Below are positions 8,162 through 17,216 of a DNA stretch of 54,985 nt, piece by piece. The stretch lies in the IMG/VR virus record IMGVR_UViG_3300010396_000013, positions 1-54,985 of that record. One strand, given 5' to 3'. Under the pieces are notes generated by a model. That model saw only the letters and a list, made by a program, of their open reading frames with translations. It did not search any database and was not told where the DNA came from. This stretch comes from a virus (lineage: Duplodnaviria > Caudoviricetes). Each line of letters begins with the position of its first letter. Position 1 is the stretch's first letter. A program made the translations under genes and the position numbers.

Positions 8162-8356
8162 ATGAGCACTGCATCATCGTCGTCTTCGTCCGGCATCGGG
8201 TTTGGTGGTCTCCTGACGATTCTTTTTGTCGGTCTGAAGTTAACCCATTTTATCGACTGGTCATGGTGGTGGGTGCTATCTCCGTGCTTGATTCCGCTTT
8301 GCCTTATCCTCGGGATACTCGCGGTCGTGGGCTGCGTCGCATTGGCATGCAAGTAA
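8162..8356 (+). CDS. Small phage membrane protein
   Basis: SSSSGIGFGGLLTILFVGLKLTHFIDWSWWWVLSP, a common phage membrane-protein motif. Confidence 0.75.
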   Translation: MSTASSSSSSGIGFGGLLTILFVGLKLTHFIDWSWWWVLSPCLIPLCLILGILAVVGCVALACK

Positions 8357-8359
8357 ACC

Positions 8360-8860
8360 ATGCGCACAGAAGACGACCTCCAAAAGCGCGTCCGGGCCTT
8401 TCTGGACCATCATCTGCCCGCCGGCGCGATCTGGACCGCGATCGACAAGGGCGTTGTCTACAGCGGCGACCAAATGCAGCGGATACGAACGGCAGCACGA
8501 ATGAAGGCCAGGGGGGTGAAGAATGGTACTGAGGATGTCCAGGTCATCTATGGCCAGCGCATCCGCGCCGTCGAATTGAAGACCGGCACCAAGCAGAGCG
8601 AAGCACAAGAAATCCGCCAGGGCGGGCTGATCGCCAATGGTCACGCCTATGCGGTGTGTCGATCGGTGATGGACGTGCACGACTTCCTACTCCGCGACGG
8701 TATGCCGATCGAGCCGGCGGCCAGGATCGCGGCGATGCGGTATGATGCGATGGGAGCGCCGGCTGTCAAAGGCAAGCGCGCCTCGACCCCCCGCGCCGAG
8801 AAGCCGAAGCAGCGGGCGCTCGCCAAGGTCGCGGCCATGAGGGCGAGGACCATGTTTTGA
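8360..8860 (+). CDS. VRR-NUC-like PD-(D/E)xK nuclease
   Basis: EDDLQ, ARMKARGVKNG.ED, VELK..Q...Q and VCRS motifs. Confidence 0.75.
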   Translation: MRTEDDLQKRVRAFLDHHLPAGAIWTAIDKGVVYSGDQMQRIRTAARMKARGVKNGTEDVQVIYGQRIRAVELKTGTKQSEAQEIRQGGLIANGHAYAVCRSVMDVHDFLLRDGMPIEPAARIAAMRYDAMGAPAVKGKRASTPRAEKPKQRALAKVAAMRARTMF

Positions 8861-9210
8861 CCGACATCCCCCCCACCGACGCCGACTACGTCCCGCTCCG
8901 CATCGTCGGCGACCAGCTCACCATCGGCACCGTGGCGTGGGACATCCGCCACCGCCGCAAAGCCGGGGGAGTCCTGCGTGCCGAGGTGCGCCCAACCGCA
9001 GAGGGCGGCGACTGGATCGATCTGACGGTCTCGGTCGCCGGTAAGGACGCCGATGGCTTTCACGGCAAGATGTCGATCGGCGATGTGCCGTGGCTGGTGC
9101 GGCGCTGGGGCGAGGGGGTGAACGGCACCTGCGCCGAGGCCGGCCCGGTGTCGGATGAGGAATTCGAGGATTTTGCGTCGCGGATGGGTAGGAAGGTGAG
9201 GGCTGGGTGA
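8857..9210 (+). CDS. Hypothetical protein
   Basis: Coupled ORF. Confidence 0.55.
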   Translation: MTDIPPTDADYVPLRIVGDQLTIGTVAWDIRHRRKAGGVLRAEVRPTAEGGDWIDLTVSVAGKDADGFHGKMSIGDVPWLVRRWGEGVNGTCAEAGPVSDEEFEDFASRMGRKVRAG

Positions 9211-9527
9211 TGGTTGAAATGCCGGTGGCTTTGCTTGGCTGGAAAGAAATGAAACGAAATTCTCTGCGGGGGTTCGCGAAAGTCCGTGTCGGGAAGGCGC
9301 TGATCCTGCATGACGTGACCGTGCATGTCGCGAACGGCAAGCGGTGGGCGACCCCTGCCAGTAAGCCGCAGATCGGGGCCGATGGCGTCGCGCTCAAGGA
9401 TGATCGGGGCAAGATCAAATACGCTCCGATTATGGAGTGGGGCGATCGCGAGACCGCTGATTCCTTCTCCGCAGGAGTGATCGCGGCTGTCGAGCGCGAG
9501 CATCCCGGCGCTACGGCAGCGGATTGA
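9207..9527 (+). CDS. SpoVG-like / putative single-stranded DNA-binding protein
   Basis: SLRGFAKV..LILHDVTVH..GKRWA.P..KIKYAPI; immediately upstream of the primase. Confidence 0.55.
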   Translation: MMVEMPVALLGWKEMKRNSLRGFAKVRVGKALILHDVTVHVANGKRWATPASKPQIGADGVALKDDRGKIKYAPIMEWGDRETADSFSAGVIAAVEREHPGATAAD

Positions 9528-11596
9528 TGATGCCCACCGGCACCCCGCAGGAAGTCCATGCGCTCCGAGCGCAGCTTTGGGACGCTGGCTTTCGGCCGGT
9601 GCCGGTGTACAATCACGACGACGCGCACCCGTCTGCCGGCAAAGCTCCGATGGGCAACGCCTGGGGGGACGAAGCGCGGCGCGACCCGCCGGATGCAGTT
9701 TCCCGGCCGGCGCACCCTCGCGCGCTTAATACCGGCTTGTTGTGTGACGGCCTTCGTGCCATCGACGTGGACGTAGACAACCCTACCATCGCCGCGTCCA
9801 TCCGCGCCAAGGCGCTGGATCGCTTCGGTGAGGCGCCCATGCGCTACCGGGACAATTCGCCACGTGTGCTGCTGCTCTACCGAGCGACCGAAGGCGCGCC
9901 GCCTAAGAGGTCCATTGTCGGCCCCATGGGCAAGGTGGAAATCCTCGGCGCTGGCCAGCAATTTGTGGCGTTCGGTGTTCATCCGTCTGGGGCTGACCTA
10001 CGATGGATGCCGGAGCCGCCCGGTAGCGAGATGTTGGCGTCCCTGACCGCGATCAGCGAAGCGGACGTCGATGTGTTTCTCGCGGACGTGGCATCATCCA
10101 TTGGTGCCGTGATGCTGCCCAAGGCGGCCAACGGCACGCAGGCATCGTCGCCGCGTGGCCTTGGCGCTGACCCGCTCCAAGTCGTGGCGGCGCTATCGGC
10201 CATCCCGAACAACGGCCCTGCGGATTGGGAAGGCTGGAACCGCATCGGCATGGCGACGTGGGCAGCGACTGGTGGCGGCGAAGCAGGGCGTGCGGCGTTC
10301 CATGCCTGGTCGCAGGCGCACCCAGCATACGACGCGCAGGCCACGAATGAGCGGTGGGACCATTACCGCACAAGTCCGCCAACCCAGATCGGCGCGGGTT
10401 CGCTATTCTATATGGCGAAGATGGCGACGCCCGTTGGGAATGGACGGCCGGAGGAAACGCCGCGCGAGGAACAGGAACCGCCGCGCGCCAAGTCTCTCCC
10501 CGTCATCTATTTCAACGATATCCGCGCCCAACTGGACGCCGCCGATTTTGTCGAAGGACTGCTGACCGATGCCGCCATGGCCGTCGTCTACGGCCAGTCG
10601 AACAGCGGCAAGACCTTCTGGACCCTTGATCTGGCGCTCCATGTCGCCGCCGGCAAGGAATGGAACGGCCGGGCGATCGAACAGCGCGGCGTGCTATGGC
10701 TCGCCATGGAGGGCAGTTTTGGCGCGCAAAACCGCGTCATCGCCTGGTGCAAGCATCACGAGATTGACGCCGAGACCCTGCCGTTCGCCATCATCCCGGT
10801 TGCGCTGAACCTGCTGGACCCGGAGGCTGATACCGAACGCCTTCTCGCCACTATGGCCGAGGTCGGGGCACAATTTACCATCCCGGTCGGCTGGACCGTC
10901 GTGGACACGCTCAGCCGCGCCATGGCCGGCGGCAATGAGAATGCACCGGACGATATGGGCGCGCTCGTCACCAACGGCACCAGGCTGCAACAGGTCGGCA
11001 AGACGGCCATCCTCTGGATACATCATGCCGGCAAAGACGACGCCAAGGGCGCGCGCGGCCACAGCCTACTCAGGGCCGCAACAGACACCGAAATAGAGAT
11101 CACCGCCGAGGGACCGCAGCGCATGGCGCAGGTCAAAAAACAGCGGGAAATGGATTGCGACGGAGTTTTTGCATTCACCCTCAAGGTGGTCGAACTCGGT
11201 CTCAATAAGCGCGGGAAGCCGGTTACTTCCTGCGTGGTCGAAGGCTCCGATGCGGGTCATACGGCGGGCGCCGTTCTCGCACCGAAGCTGAAAGGTCACA
11301 CCGGGCGGGCGCTCAGTGTGTTGCACGACCTGCTTAGCGAAAGCGGTCGCGCTGATTATCCAGGCGTGCCTATGGGTCTGCCATCCGTTCCGGAGGATTG
11401 GTGGAGGCAGCGTTTCTACGACCGGACTATCGACGACGGGAAAGCCGACGTGAGCCAAAACGGGAAGCGCATGGCGTTCAATCGAGCCGTTCAGGACCTC
11501 GCCGACAAGCGCTTGGTAGGCGTCACCAAGGGGCGTGTTTGGGCGTGCAGACCCGCACAAACACCCGCACAGAAAGCCGCACATTTTGATGATTGA
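9527..11596 (+). CDS. Bifunctional primase-polymerase / PriCT-2 / AAA_25 helicase
   Basis: NTGL..AIDVDVD primase motifs; WNRIGMA PriCT-2; Walker A GQSNSGKT; VVDTLSR; IHHAGKD..ARGHS. Confidence 0.9.
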   Translation: MMPTGTPQEVHALRAQLWDAGFRPVPVYNHDDAHPSAGKAPMGNAWGDEARRDPPDAVSRPAHPRALNTGLLCDGLRAIDVDVDNPTIAASIRAKALDRFGEAPMRYRDNSPRVLLLYRATEGAPPKRSIVGPMGKVEILGAGQQFVAFGVHPSGADLRWMPEPPGSEMLASLTAISEADVDVFLADVASSIGAVMLPKAANGTQASSPRGLGADPLQVVAALSAIPNNGPADWEGWNRIGMATWAATGGGEAGRAAFHAWSQAHPAYDAQATNERWDHYRTSPPTQIGAGSLFYMAKMATPVGNGRPEETPREEQEPPRAKSLPVIYFNDIRAQLDAADFVEGLLTDAAMAVVYGQSNSGKTFWTLDLALHVAAGKEWNGRAIEQRGVLWLAMEGSFGAQNRVIAWCKHHEIDAETLPFAIIPVALNLLDPEADTERLLATMAEVGAQFTIPVGWTVVDTLSRAMAGGNENAPDDMGALVTNGTRLQQVGKTAILWIHHAGKDDAKGARGHSLLRAATDTEIEITAEGPQRMAQVKKQREMDCDGVFAFTLKVVELGLNKRGKPVTSCVVEGSDAGHTAGAVLAPKLKGHTGRALSVLHDLLSESGRADYPGVPMGLPSVPEDWWRQRFYDRTIDDGKADVSQNGKRMAFNRAVQDLADKRLVGVTKGRVWACRPAQTPAQKAAHFDD

Positions 11597-11697
11597 TCCG
11601 CACAAACGCACATCCGCCAAAATCCCCACCCCCCGCACAACCCGCACATCTCCCCGTAAGGGGGATGTGCAGGGTGCGGGGAGGGGATGGCCGCACA
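11553..11697. repeat. Cluster of CCGCACA heptamers plus hairpin, candidate replication origin
   Basis: CCGCACA at 11553, 11565, 11577, 11598, 11633, 11642 and 11691; hairpin gcacatctcccc-gtaa-gggggatgtgc. Confidence 0.55.
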
Positions 11698-11727
11698 TTT
11701 TTAGGGACGGCACTGGAAGGGGATATT

Positions 11728-11988
11728 GTGATCGAACTACCTGACGGTTTCCATCTGGTGCATCGCGGTCAGACCTATCGGCTCGTTGGGACGCGCCCCC
11801 ACGAGCGCAAGGATGGTCAGATCACGACGCTAATCGACTGGGATACGAATTGCCCGGAGTGCGGCGTCGCGTTCCGCGTTTCCACGACGCCGAAATGGGA
11901 GCCGAACCGCCGGTGTGAATCGTGTCGATCACCCGGCAAGCGCGTCGGATCGCACACCCCACCCCGACCCCACCGGACGCACCCATGA
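11728..11988 (+). CDS. Zinc-ribbon hypothetical protein
   Basis: CPECG...RRCESC; GGAAGGGG RBS before a GTG start. Confidence 0.6.
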   Translation: MIELPDGFHLVHRGQTYRLVGTRPHERKDGQITTLIDWDTNCPECGVAFRVSTTPKWEPNRRCESCRSPGKRVGSHTPPRPHRTHP

Positions 11989-12228
11989 CCCCTACGCCGC
12001 GTTCCGCATATCCGGCGCTCTCTCCCGCTCGACGGCGGTGGCTACACGCCCACGCAATCGCGATATCCGGGCCGCTGAGGGGGGTTGGCGCGGTTGGTGG
12101 GTGTTGGGTGCCGGATGGGGCGGAAACGGCCCCCACGGGCTTCCTATACCCCGCGCGCGCGGTGAGAATGCGGACGCAGGCGCGGGCGGGTTGGTGGCGG
12201 TCGCACCCTGACCGCGTGGGGACGGCCC

Positions 12229-12615
12229 TTATACGGGCGGCTTACGAGGTGGTGGGTGCGCGGCGAAATACAGTTCGCGCTTTGCCGTCTGGGCATCGGC
12301 GTATCGCGCCATGCCGGTCAGCCAATCGGCCACGCGCTGCGGCACCGGGTATTCGCCAGCCGCCCAGCGCCGGACCTGGCGTTCGTCCATGTCCAGTCGC
12401 AGCGCGAGGTTGCGCTGGCTCCATCCGAGGGCGTGGAGCGCGGCGCGGAGTTGGTCGGGGGTCATGTGGGCGCGTGCCACCGCGGCAGTTTCCTTTGGGT
12501 TTAGCAGGCGTTGCGTCACTTCGACCACGATCTGCGGGCCGCCTAATGCCTCCGAATGCTTGCGCCACCCTTCCAGCACCCACGGCGCAAACGGAGCAGA
12601 CCAACCGCCCTTCAT
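12229..12615 (-). CDS. XRE-type HTH regulator (alternative start 12465)
   Basis: MTPDQLRAALHALGWSQRNLALRLDMDERQVRRWAAGEYPVP. Confidence 0.8.
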   Translation of the reverse strand: MKGGWSAPFAPWVLEGWRKHSEALGGPQIVVEVTQRLLNPKETAAVARAHMTPDQLRAALHALGWSQRNLALRLDMDERQVRRWAAGEYPVPQRVADWLTGMARYADAQTAKRELYFAAHPPPRKPPV

Positions 12616-12824
12616 GCCGCGAAACTCGGGAAAGCGTCGAGGCGCAGAGTCGCGCCGTCGCGCACAATCCATCCATCGTCAAACAGGTCGGCGACGCACC
12701 GGCTGTTCAGCGGGGTGGTGCCGGCCAGCCAATAGGTGCGGCTCGGGCCGTTGTGGATGGTGGCAATGTTGCCGCTGTCGCGGATGGCGCGGGCAGTGGC
12801 AGCCATCTGTTCGATATCGCGCAT
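12612..12824 (-). CDS. Hypothetical protein co-transcribed with the HTH gene
   Basis: GAGG RBS; ATGA coupling to the HTH ORF. Confidence 0.6.
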   Translation of the reverse strand: MRDIEQMAATARAIRDSGNIATIHNGPSRTYWLAGTTPLNSRCVADLFDDGWIVRDGATLRLDAFPSFAA

Positions 12825-12872
12825 CGTCTTAACCCTCATCCCGGCTGGGCCAACCCCCTCGCCTCTGAGCGC

Positions 12873-12901
12873 AGAATGTCCTATCCACGAGGACAAGTCA
12901 A
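12873..12901 (-). promoter_or_regulatory. Sigma70-type promoter with palindromic operator
   Basis: TTGACT-N17-CATTCT; perfect inverted repeat TGTCCT-N7-AGGACA (12877-12895) fills the spacer. Confidence 0.7.
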
Positions 12902-12932
12902 CCGAGAAAATGGCAATGAAAAGGAAAATACG

Positions 12933-13409
12933 ATGGATGACGTAATCCACGCATCTGACTGTGGGATGCACAATGGTCCCGCATTCCCGGCGGCCGAATG
13001 CGACTGTGGTGCGATCCTCGCAGCCGGCCTGCGCAAACTGGCGGCTGAGCGGATGCGGGACGCTCACGAGCTGCTCGCTGGTCTGAATGCCCTGGCTCAG
13101 GAGGGGCGTGCTGCACGGGCGCGCTACGAAGCCACCTGCGCCCCGCCGCCACCAGGCGCCAAATACATCCCCTTCGTGCTGAACGTGGGCGAACTGGAGG
13201 CCGGCATCCCAATGGATGCCGCGCTCACGCTGCACGAGGACGGCAGCATCACGGTGGACTGGCAGAGGCTTGAAATCTACGCGCGGGTGACGCCGGTCGA
13301 TCTGGCCAACTGCCGCGACATAGATTTCCGGCTCGGCTGCATGGTCCGCGCGCTGCTGGCGATGCGGGATGGGCGGGTTGAGGTGGTCGGTGTGGAGGCG
13401 GCCCAATGA
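12933..13409 (+). CDS. Hypothetical protein
   Basis: AAGGA RBS; HASDCGMHNGPA..CDC motif common in phage proteins. Confidence 0.65.
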   Translation: MDDVIHASDCGMHNGPAFPAAECDCGAILAAGLRKLAAERMRDAHELLAGLNALAQEGRAARARYEATCAPPPPGAKYIPFVLNVGELEAGIPMDAALTLHEDGSITVDWQRLEIYARVTPVDLANCRDIDFRLGCMVRALLAMRDGRVEVVGVEAAQ

Positions 13410-13912
13410 TCGACCCCTCCGACATCAAGGCCGGCGCGCAATTCGTGGTGACGGTGGCGAAAGATGGAGTGGATGAATGTGGATGGATCGAGATTTTAGG
13501 AGAGGGAGGCCGCAGCTATTTTGTGCGTAAAAAAGCCATTTCCCGTCTCCCCACCCCATCCCCCACAGCCGAGATCGACGCGGAGATTGTGGAGGCGGTA
13601 GGGAAGCTGGTGGATAATATCCGCTCGGATGGGGATGGCGTGGAGGCTTTGTATGTGGGGTTACGCGGCCTCATAGACCGCCGCCGCGCGCTCCTGAAGC
13701 CGAAGGACGCGGTGGGGGAGTTGCTGGAGGCGGTGGCACGCGCAAAAGACGCGGAACTGCCGCCGTTAAGATCAGTCCGGGCGGTTGAGACGAGAGCGTG
13801 GCAGGAACTCGTTGAAGCCGCCGCTCGCGTGCGCAAGGAGCGGGGGAATCAGGGCGTAGTATCCGTTCTTATCTCTGGCACCGCCCGCGTGCGCAAGGAG
13901 CGGGGAGAATGA
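13406..13912 (+). CDS. Hypothetical protein
   Basis: ATGA coupling; duplicated ARVRKERG at the C-terminus. Confidence 0.6.
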   Translation: MIDPSDIKAGAQFVVTVAKDGVDECGWIEILGEGGRSYFVRKKAISRLPTPSPTAEIDAEIVEAVGKLVDNIRSDGDGVEALYVGLRGLIDRRRALLKPKDAVGELLEAVARAKDAELPPLRSVRAVETRAWQELVEAAARVRKERGNQGVVSVLISGTARVRKERGE

Positions 13913-14136
13913 AGTGGCAACCGATCGAGACCATCCCCGAAGGCGTCCACGTCCTGCTTTATTTCCCGGTCGGAGAGCGCGGCAGCGGCGGCATCGAAGC
14001 CGCGACAGTGCTTCGCGCAGGCGATGGCTTTTCGTATTGGACGCATGGCGGCCCGAACTCTGGGATGGACTGGTATCCGCACGACAACGAGATGCCGAGC
14101 CATTGGGCTGCACTCCCGGAGCCACCCACGTCATGA
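13909..14136 (+). CDS. DUF551-like protein
   Basis: WQPIETIP...PSHWAALPEPP. Confidence 0.75.
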   Translation: MKWQPIETIPEGVHVLLYFPVGERGSGGIEAATVLRAGDGFSYWTHGGPNSGMDWYPHDNEMPSHWAALPEPPTS

Positions 14137-14285
14137 CCCTCGTAATCGGCCGCTACTCCGGCTGCTCATGGGCCGTGTTCCGGCGCGACGGCTCGGTGTT
14201 CTACGACGATCGGGGGAAATGCTTGGCCCCGTCAGACTGGCACGACGCGACAGAGGATGAGATGAGGAAAATGGAGCGGAAATGA
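14133..14285 (+). CDS. Small hypothetical protein
   Basis: ATGA coupling on both sides. Confidence 0.45.
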   Translation: MTLVIGRYSGCSWAVFRRDGSVFYDDRGKCLAPSDWHDATEDEMRKMERK

Positions 14286-14752
14286 CCAATGAAGCCCCCG
14301 ACTTCGGTGCTCTCGGCCCCGACGATCCGCGCCGCGCTGGTGAGGTGGTCCTGGTCTCCCGCCTCCGCACCGGCCGCGTGGTCGAAGCGATGCGCTACAG
14401 CGATGCCACGCTCTACGACCGGATGCACGCCCGCGCACAGCTATCGGACCGCCAGCACGAGGCGGCGGAGCGGCTGCATCGAATGTGGACAAGCGCCAGG
14501 CTGAATCCGCGTGTGGTGGCCGGCATCGATGTGGTGCGGGAGCGGGTGGAGGACGAGGAGCCTCCACACGAGCAGACCGACGACGACGAGACGCCGCACG
14601 ATCGCTATCGGCGGCTCATGGGCAGCCTGTCGGAGGCGGCGTGCCTGCGATTGGAGGCCATGCTGTGCGAGCAGCATCCGGGGGTGAGATGGCTCGGCAG
14701 CCTGCAAGCGGCGCTGGACGATCTGGCGGATAGGTGGGGGATGGAGAAATAA
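14282..14752 (+). CDS. Putative late-gene regulator (Q position, DUF6456-like)
   Basis: LSDRQHEAAERL...LQAALDDLADRW; last early gene, followed by a promoter-like sequence and terminator. Confidence 0.5.
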   Translation: MTNEAPDFGALGPDDPRRAGEVVLVSRLRTGRVVEAMRYSDATLYDRMHARAQLSDRQHEAAERLHRMWTSARLNPRVVAGIDVVRERVEDEEPPHEQTDDDETPHDRYRRLMGSLSEAACLRLEAMLCEQHPGVRWLGSLQAALDDLADRWGMEK

Positions 14753-14834
14753 TCCTTGCGTTCCCCGCAAAAAGAGCGTCCATAATGCCGTGGGGCGCAT
14801 TGCGTCCAATCCACATCACCACGCAAACCGACGC

Positions 14835-14859
14835 AACCCGCTGTAATGGCGGGTTTTCT
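14835..14859 (+). terminator. Intrinsic terminator in the late leader
   Basis: aacccgc-tgtaatg-gcgggtt-ttct. Confidence 0.6.
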
Positions 14860-14991
14860 CGTTGCGCAGGAGTATGACATGGCCGTTTTGAACGCCAAAT
14901 CCCGCAACAAGTTGATGCCCGCCCAGTTCGCCGGGCCGGATAAATCGTATCGGCGATTATATACTTTGCACCACAAGGGACTAGATGTTGA

Positions 14992-15273
14992 TCACTGGAC
15001 CTGCTTGAGGTCGGACGGGGGTGGGACGGGATCAAGGCCGTTCTCTTTCAGGAAACTGTAAAGCCCTGCGGCAAGTCCTTGCGCGCCAGAAATCGGCATC
15101 ACGACGCGCCCAATGACGACCCGCTTTTGGTGTGCTGGTGCGGACGAATTATCGAACCGATAAGAAGTCAGGGTTATAGTTATGGTTGAAGACCCAGAGG
15201 AAAAGAAGCTTGCTTCTGCGGCGTATACTTCCGGGGCGAACAAATTTTCCACGGTCGGTATGGTGTCAGTCAT
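14992..15273 (-). CDS. IS passenger hypothetical protein
   Basis: APEVYA...VVIGRVVMPISGAQGLAAGL; AAGGAAG RBS. Confidence 0.7.
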   Translation of the reverse strand: MTDTIPTVENLFAPEVYAAEASFFSSGSSTITITLTSYRFDNSSAPAHQKRVVIGRVVMPISGAQGLAAGLYSFLKENGLDPVPPPSDLKQVQ

Positions 15274-15285
15274 GGCGGCGCTTCC

Positions 15286-15462
15286 TTATGGGGATGGTTT
15301 GGTGCGCTTTGTCGCGCCAGATGGCGTTTCTTTCTTGGGTGCCGACTCGTCCGCTTCTTTGTCGCGCGCGGGCTTTGCGCTCAGTAGCCGCCGAACAACG
15401 TCGTCAAGCTTAACGGAAGGGTCTAGTTCGATGTCGGCTGGTGTTGGCGGTGATTTAGCCAT
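15286..15462 (-). CDS. Small IS-associated protein
   Basis: LDDVVRRLLSAKP motif, similar to small ORFs seen in IS1595 elements. Confidence 0.5.
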   Translation of the reverse strand: MAKSPPTPADIELDPSVKLDDVVRRLLSAKPARDKEADESAPKKETPSGATKRTKPSP

Positions 15463-15539
15463 CGAGATTACTCCTGATATTTTGAGACGTGGGGTATCTG
15501 TGCTTCGCGACGGAATCGGAGATGAAGACCGCTGCACAC

Positions 15540-16061
15540 TTAATGACCCGGAGGCGCTGCGCGATGCATTTTTGGTGATGTATGAATTACTAAAGACGGA
15601 GACCACACAAAAACTTCCTTTGCCAAAATCATAATTGCGTCTGCAATGCCATCAACGTTGCTAAGTTGATACTCCTCTATATTTTCAAAATTGAAACCAT
15701 AGGCGTCATCTTCAGAATCATGTATGAAATACATTTTGTTATTTTTATGATACCCAAGCGCATGCATAAATAAATTTCTTTTCTTAGACAGATTAGATGC
15801 TCGTTTCATAATGTTATTAAATTTACCTTGAGGGTCATCGCAAAAAGTAAAGAGAATTTGGTTTAGCAATTTCTGTCGCGCCCTGAAATTTGGTGAAGAC
15901 GCCCAAATGAGACGCGCTCTAAAATGGTCTACTGTAAGCATTTTCTCTAATACTAACACTAAACTGCCTTCGAAGTAGGCCCATGCTCTGGCTACGCGCC
16001 CAAATGCTCTTAATTGTTCGTGAGTCCATTTCGCTTTTTCATATTCTTCGCTCTCCTCCAT
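15540..16061 (-). CDS. AT-rich IS passenger protein, possible HEPN-like helical fold
   Basis: Much lower GC than the phage; FGRVARAWAYFE...RNLFMH (R-X4-H). Confidence 0.7.
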   Translation of the reverse strand: MEESEEYEKAKWTHEQLRAFGRVARAWAYFEGSLVLVLEKMLTVDHFRARLIWASSPNFRARQKLLNQILFTFCDDPQGKFNNIMKRASNLSKKRNLFMHALGYHKNNKMYFIHDSEDDAYGFNFENIEEYQLSNVDGIADAIMILAKEVFVWSPSLVIHTSPKMHRAAPPGH

Positions 16062-16085
16062 CTCAAAAACTTCCTCGCCAGTTTC

Positions 16086-17006
16086 TTAATTCGCCCGCGT
16101 TCCAACAGTCCGCCGATAGGTGAGGCGCTTGCCTTCGATGCCCGCCAACAGCATGTCGGCTCGACGGCCATCAGTGAAGCCAAGCTTGGAACGATGGTTG
16201 TAACGGAAGTCAAACTCGGCAGCGTAGCGGTGCAAATGCTGTTCGCCGCAGTGCTGATAAATGCCGATCATACCGCGCTTGAAGATGCTGTAGAAGCCTT
16301 CGACGGTATTGGTGTGAATATCGCCGCGCCCATACTCACCGTCGCTATGACGGGTAAATCCATGCTCGGCAAATAGCTTGCCCAGTTTGGTGTATTGCTT
16401 CGCTTCATCGGTCATAAGGCGGCTTTCGCGGTCGATATTGGCTTTCACGATAGGCGCGATTTCAGCCACGACCGGACGTTCGATATGGAAGGACATCAGG
16501 CGACCGCCACGCTCTACCAGCGTGAGGACAGCCATCTTGTGATAGTAGCCGCCACGCGCTTTCGCGACGCCAGCTTTGCGACCGATGAAAGTTTCGTCCA
16601 CTTCCACGATTTTGCCAGCGCCGCCCATGGGAGTATCGAACGTCCCGGAACGCATGGCTTCGCGAAGGCGGTGGGTCATGAACCAAGCCGATTTGTAAGT
16701 CACGCCCAGCATGCGCATAAGCTGGTGGGACGACATGCCCTTCTTGCTCGCGGCAAGCAGATAAGCCGCAAGGAGCCACTTATGCAGCGGAATATGGCTG
16801 GACTCGAACAGCGTGCCGACCTTCACCGTGAAGTCTTTACGGCAGCCCTTGGACGCGCAGCGATACTTGCCGGGGCGCTTCGTCGCATAAGCTGCATTCA
16901 CCGTGCCGCAGTGCGGGCAGACCGGGCCAGACGGCCAGCGAATGCCCTCAAGGTAGGAGCGGGCGGCGTCTTCGTCGGTGAACTGCGGATCGGTGAGGGA
17001 TGTCAT
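16086..17006 (-). CDS. IS1595-family transposase
   Basis: CPHCG zinc ribbon, HTH, VEVDETFIG, LMTDE, HTNTVEG and EFDFRYN motifs. Confidence 0.95.
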   Translation of the reverse strand: MTSLTDPQFTDEDAARSYLEGIRWPSGPVCPHCGTVNAAYATKRPGKYRCASKGCRKDFTVKVGTLFESSHIPLHKWLLAAYLLAASKKGMSSHQLMRMLGVTYKSAWFMTHRLREAMRSGTFDTPMGGAGKIVEVDETFIGRKAGVAKARGGYYHKMAVLTLVERGGRLMSFHIERPVVAEIAPIVKANIDRESRLMTDEAKQYTKLGKLFAEHGFTRHSDGEYGRGDIHTNTVEGFYSIFKRGMIGIYQHCGEQHLHRYAAEFDFRYNHRSKLGFTDGRRADMLLAGIEGKRLTYRRTVGTRAN

Positions 17007-17216
17007 AGCGCCCGGCCTTGGATGATAGGGAAACCCTACATCTTGGGGCTTGTGGCGTCAAGTATATAATCGCCATCGTATCCGGTTCCTGACAAGTCCC
17101 ATGCCGCCAATGCCAAGGCGCGGGCAACACAGGCCGTGAATGCCGGGCGCATGTCGCCGGCCATGGAGAAGAAGATCGACGCCAGGGCTGATAAGGTTTT
17201 GGCGAAGAAGAAGTAG

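Larger units (their letters stand above)
14952..17074 (-). mobile_element. IS1595-family element (2123 bp) with passenger genes
   Basis: 26-bp terminal IRs GGCGATTATATACTT-N4-CCACAAG (23/26 match); 8-bp TSD ATCGTATC at 14944-14951 and 17075-17082. Confidence 0.95.
14879..17216 (+). pseudogene. 68-aa basic late protein interrupted by the IS1595 element
   Basis: Joining 14879-14951 to 17083-17216 gives an intact ORF MAVLNAKSRNKLMPAQFAGPDKSYPVPDKSHAANAKARATQ...VLAKKK with an AGGAG RBS. Confidence 0.85.

Noticed and set aside
11922-13409. 495-aa ORF as one protein
   Set aside because: The middle overlaps a credible antisense cassette and an internal RBS/ATG at 12933 defines a separate gene; a long open frame is plausible by chance at high GC
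14756-14786. Late promoter TTGCGT...CATAAT
   Set aside because: The 19-nt spacer is atypical; position is suggestive but support is too weak to call
16014-17069. Plus-strand ORFs 16014-16376 and 16395-17069
   Set aside because: Antisense shadows of the IS1595 transposase
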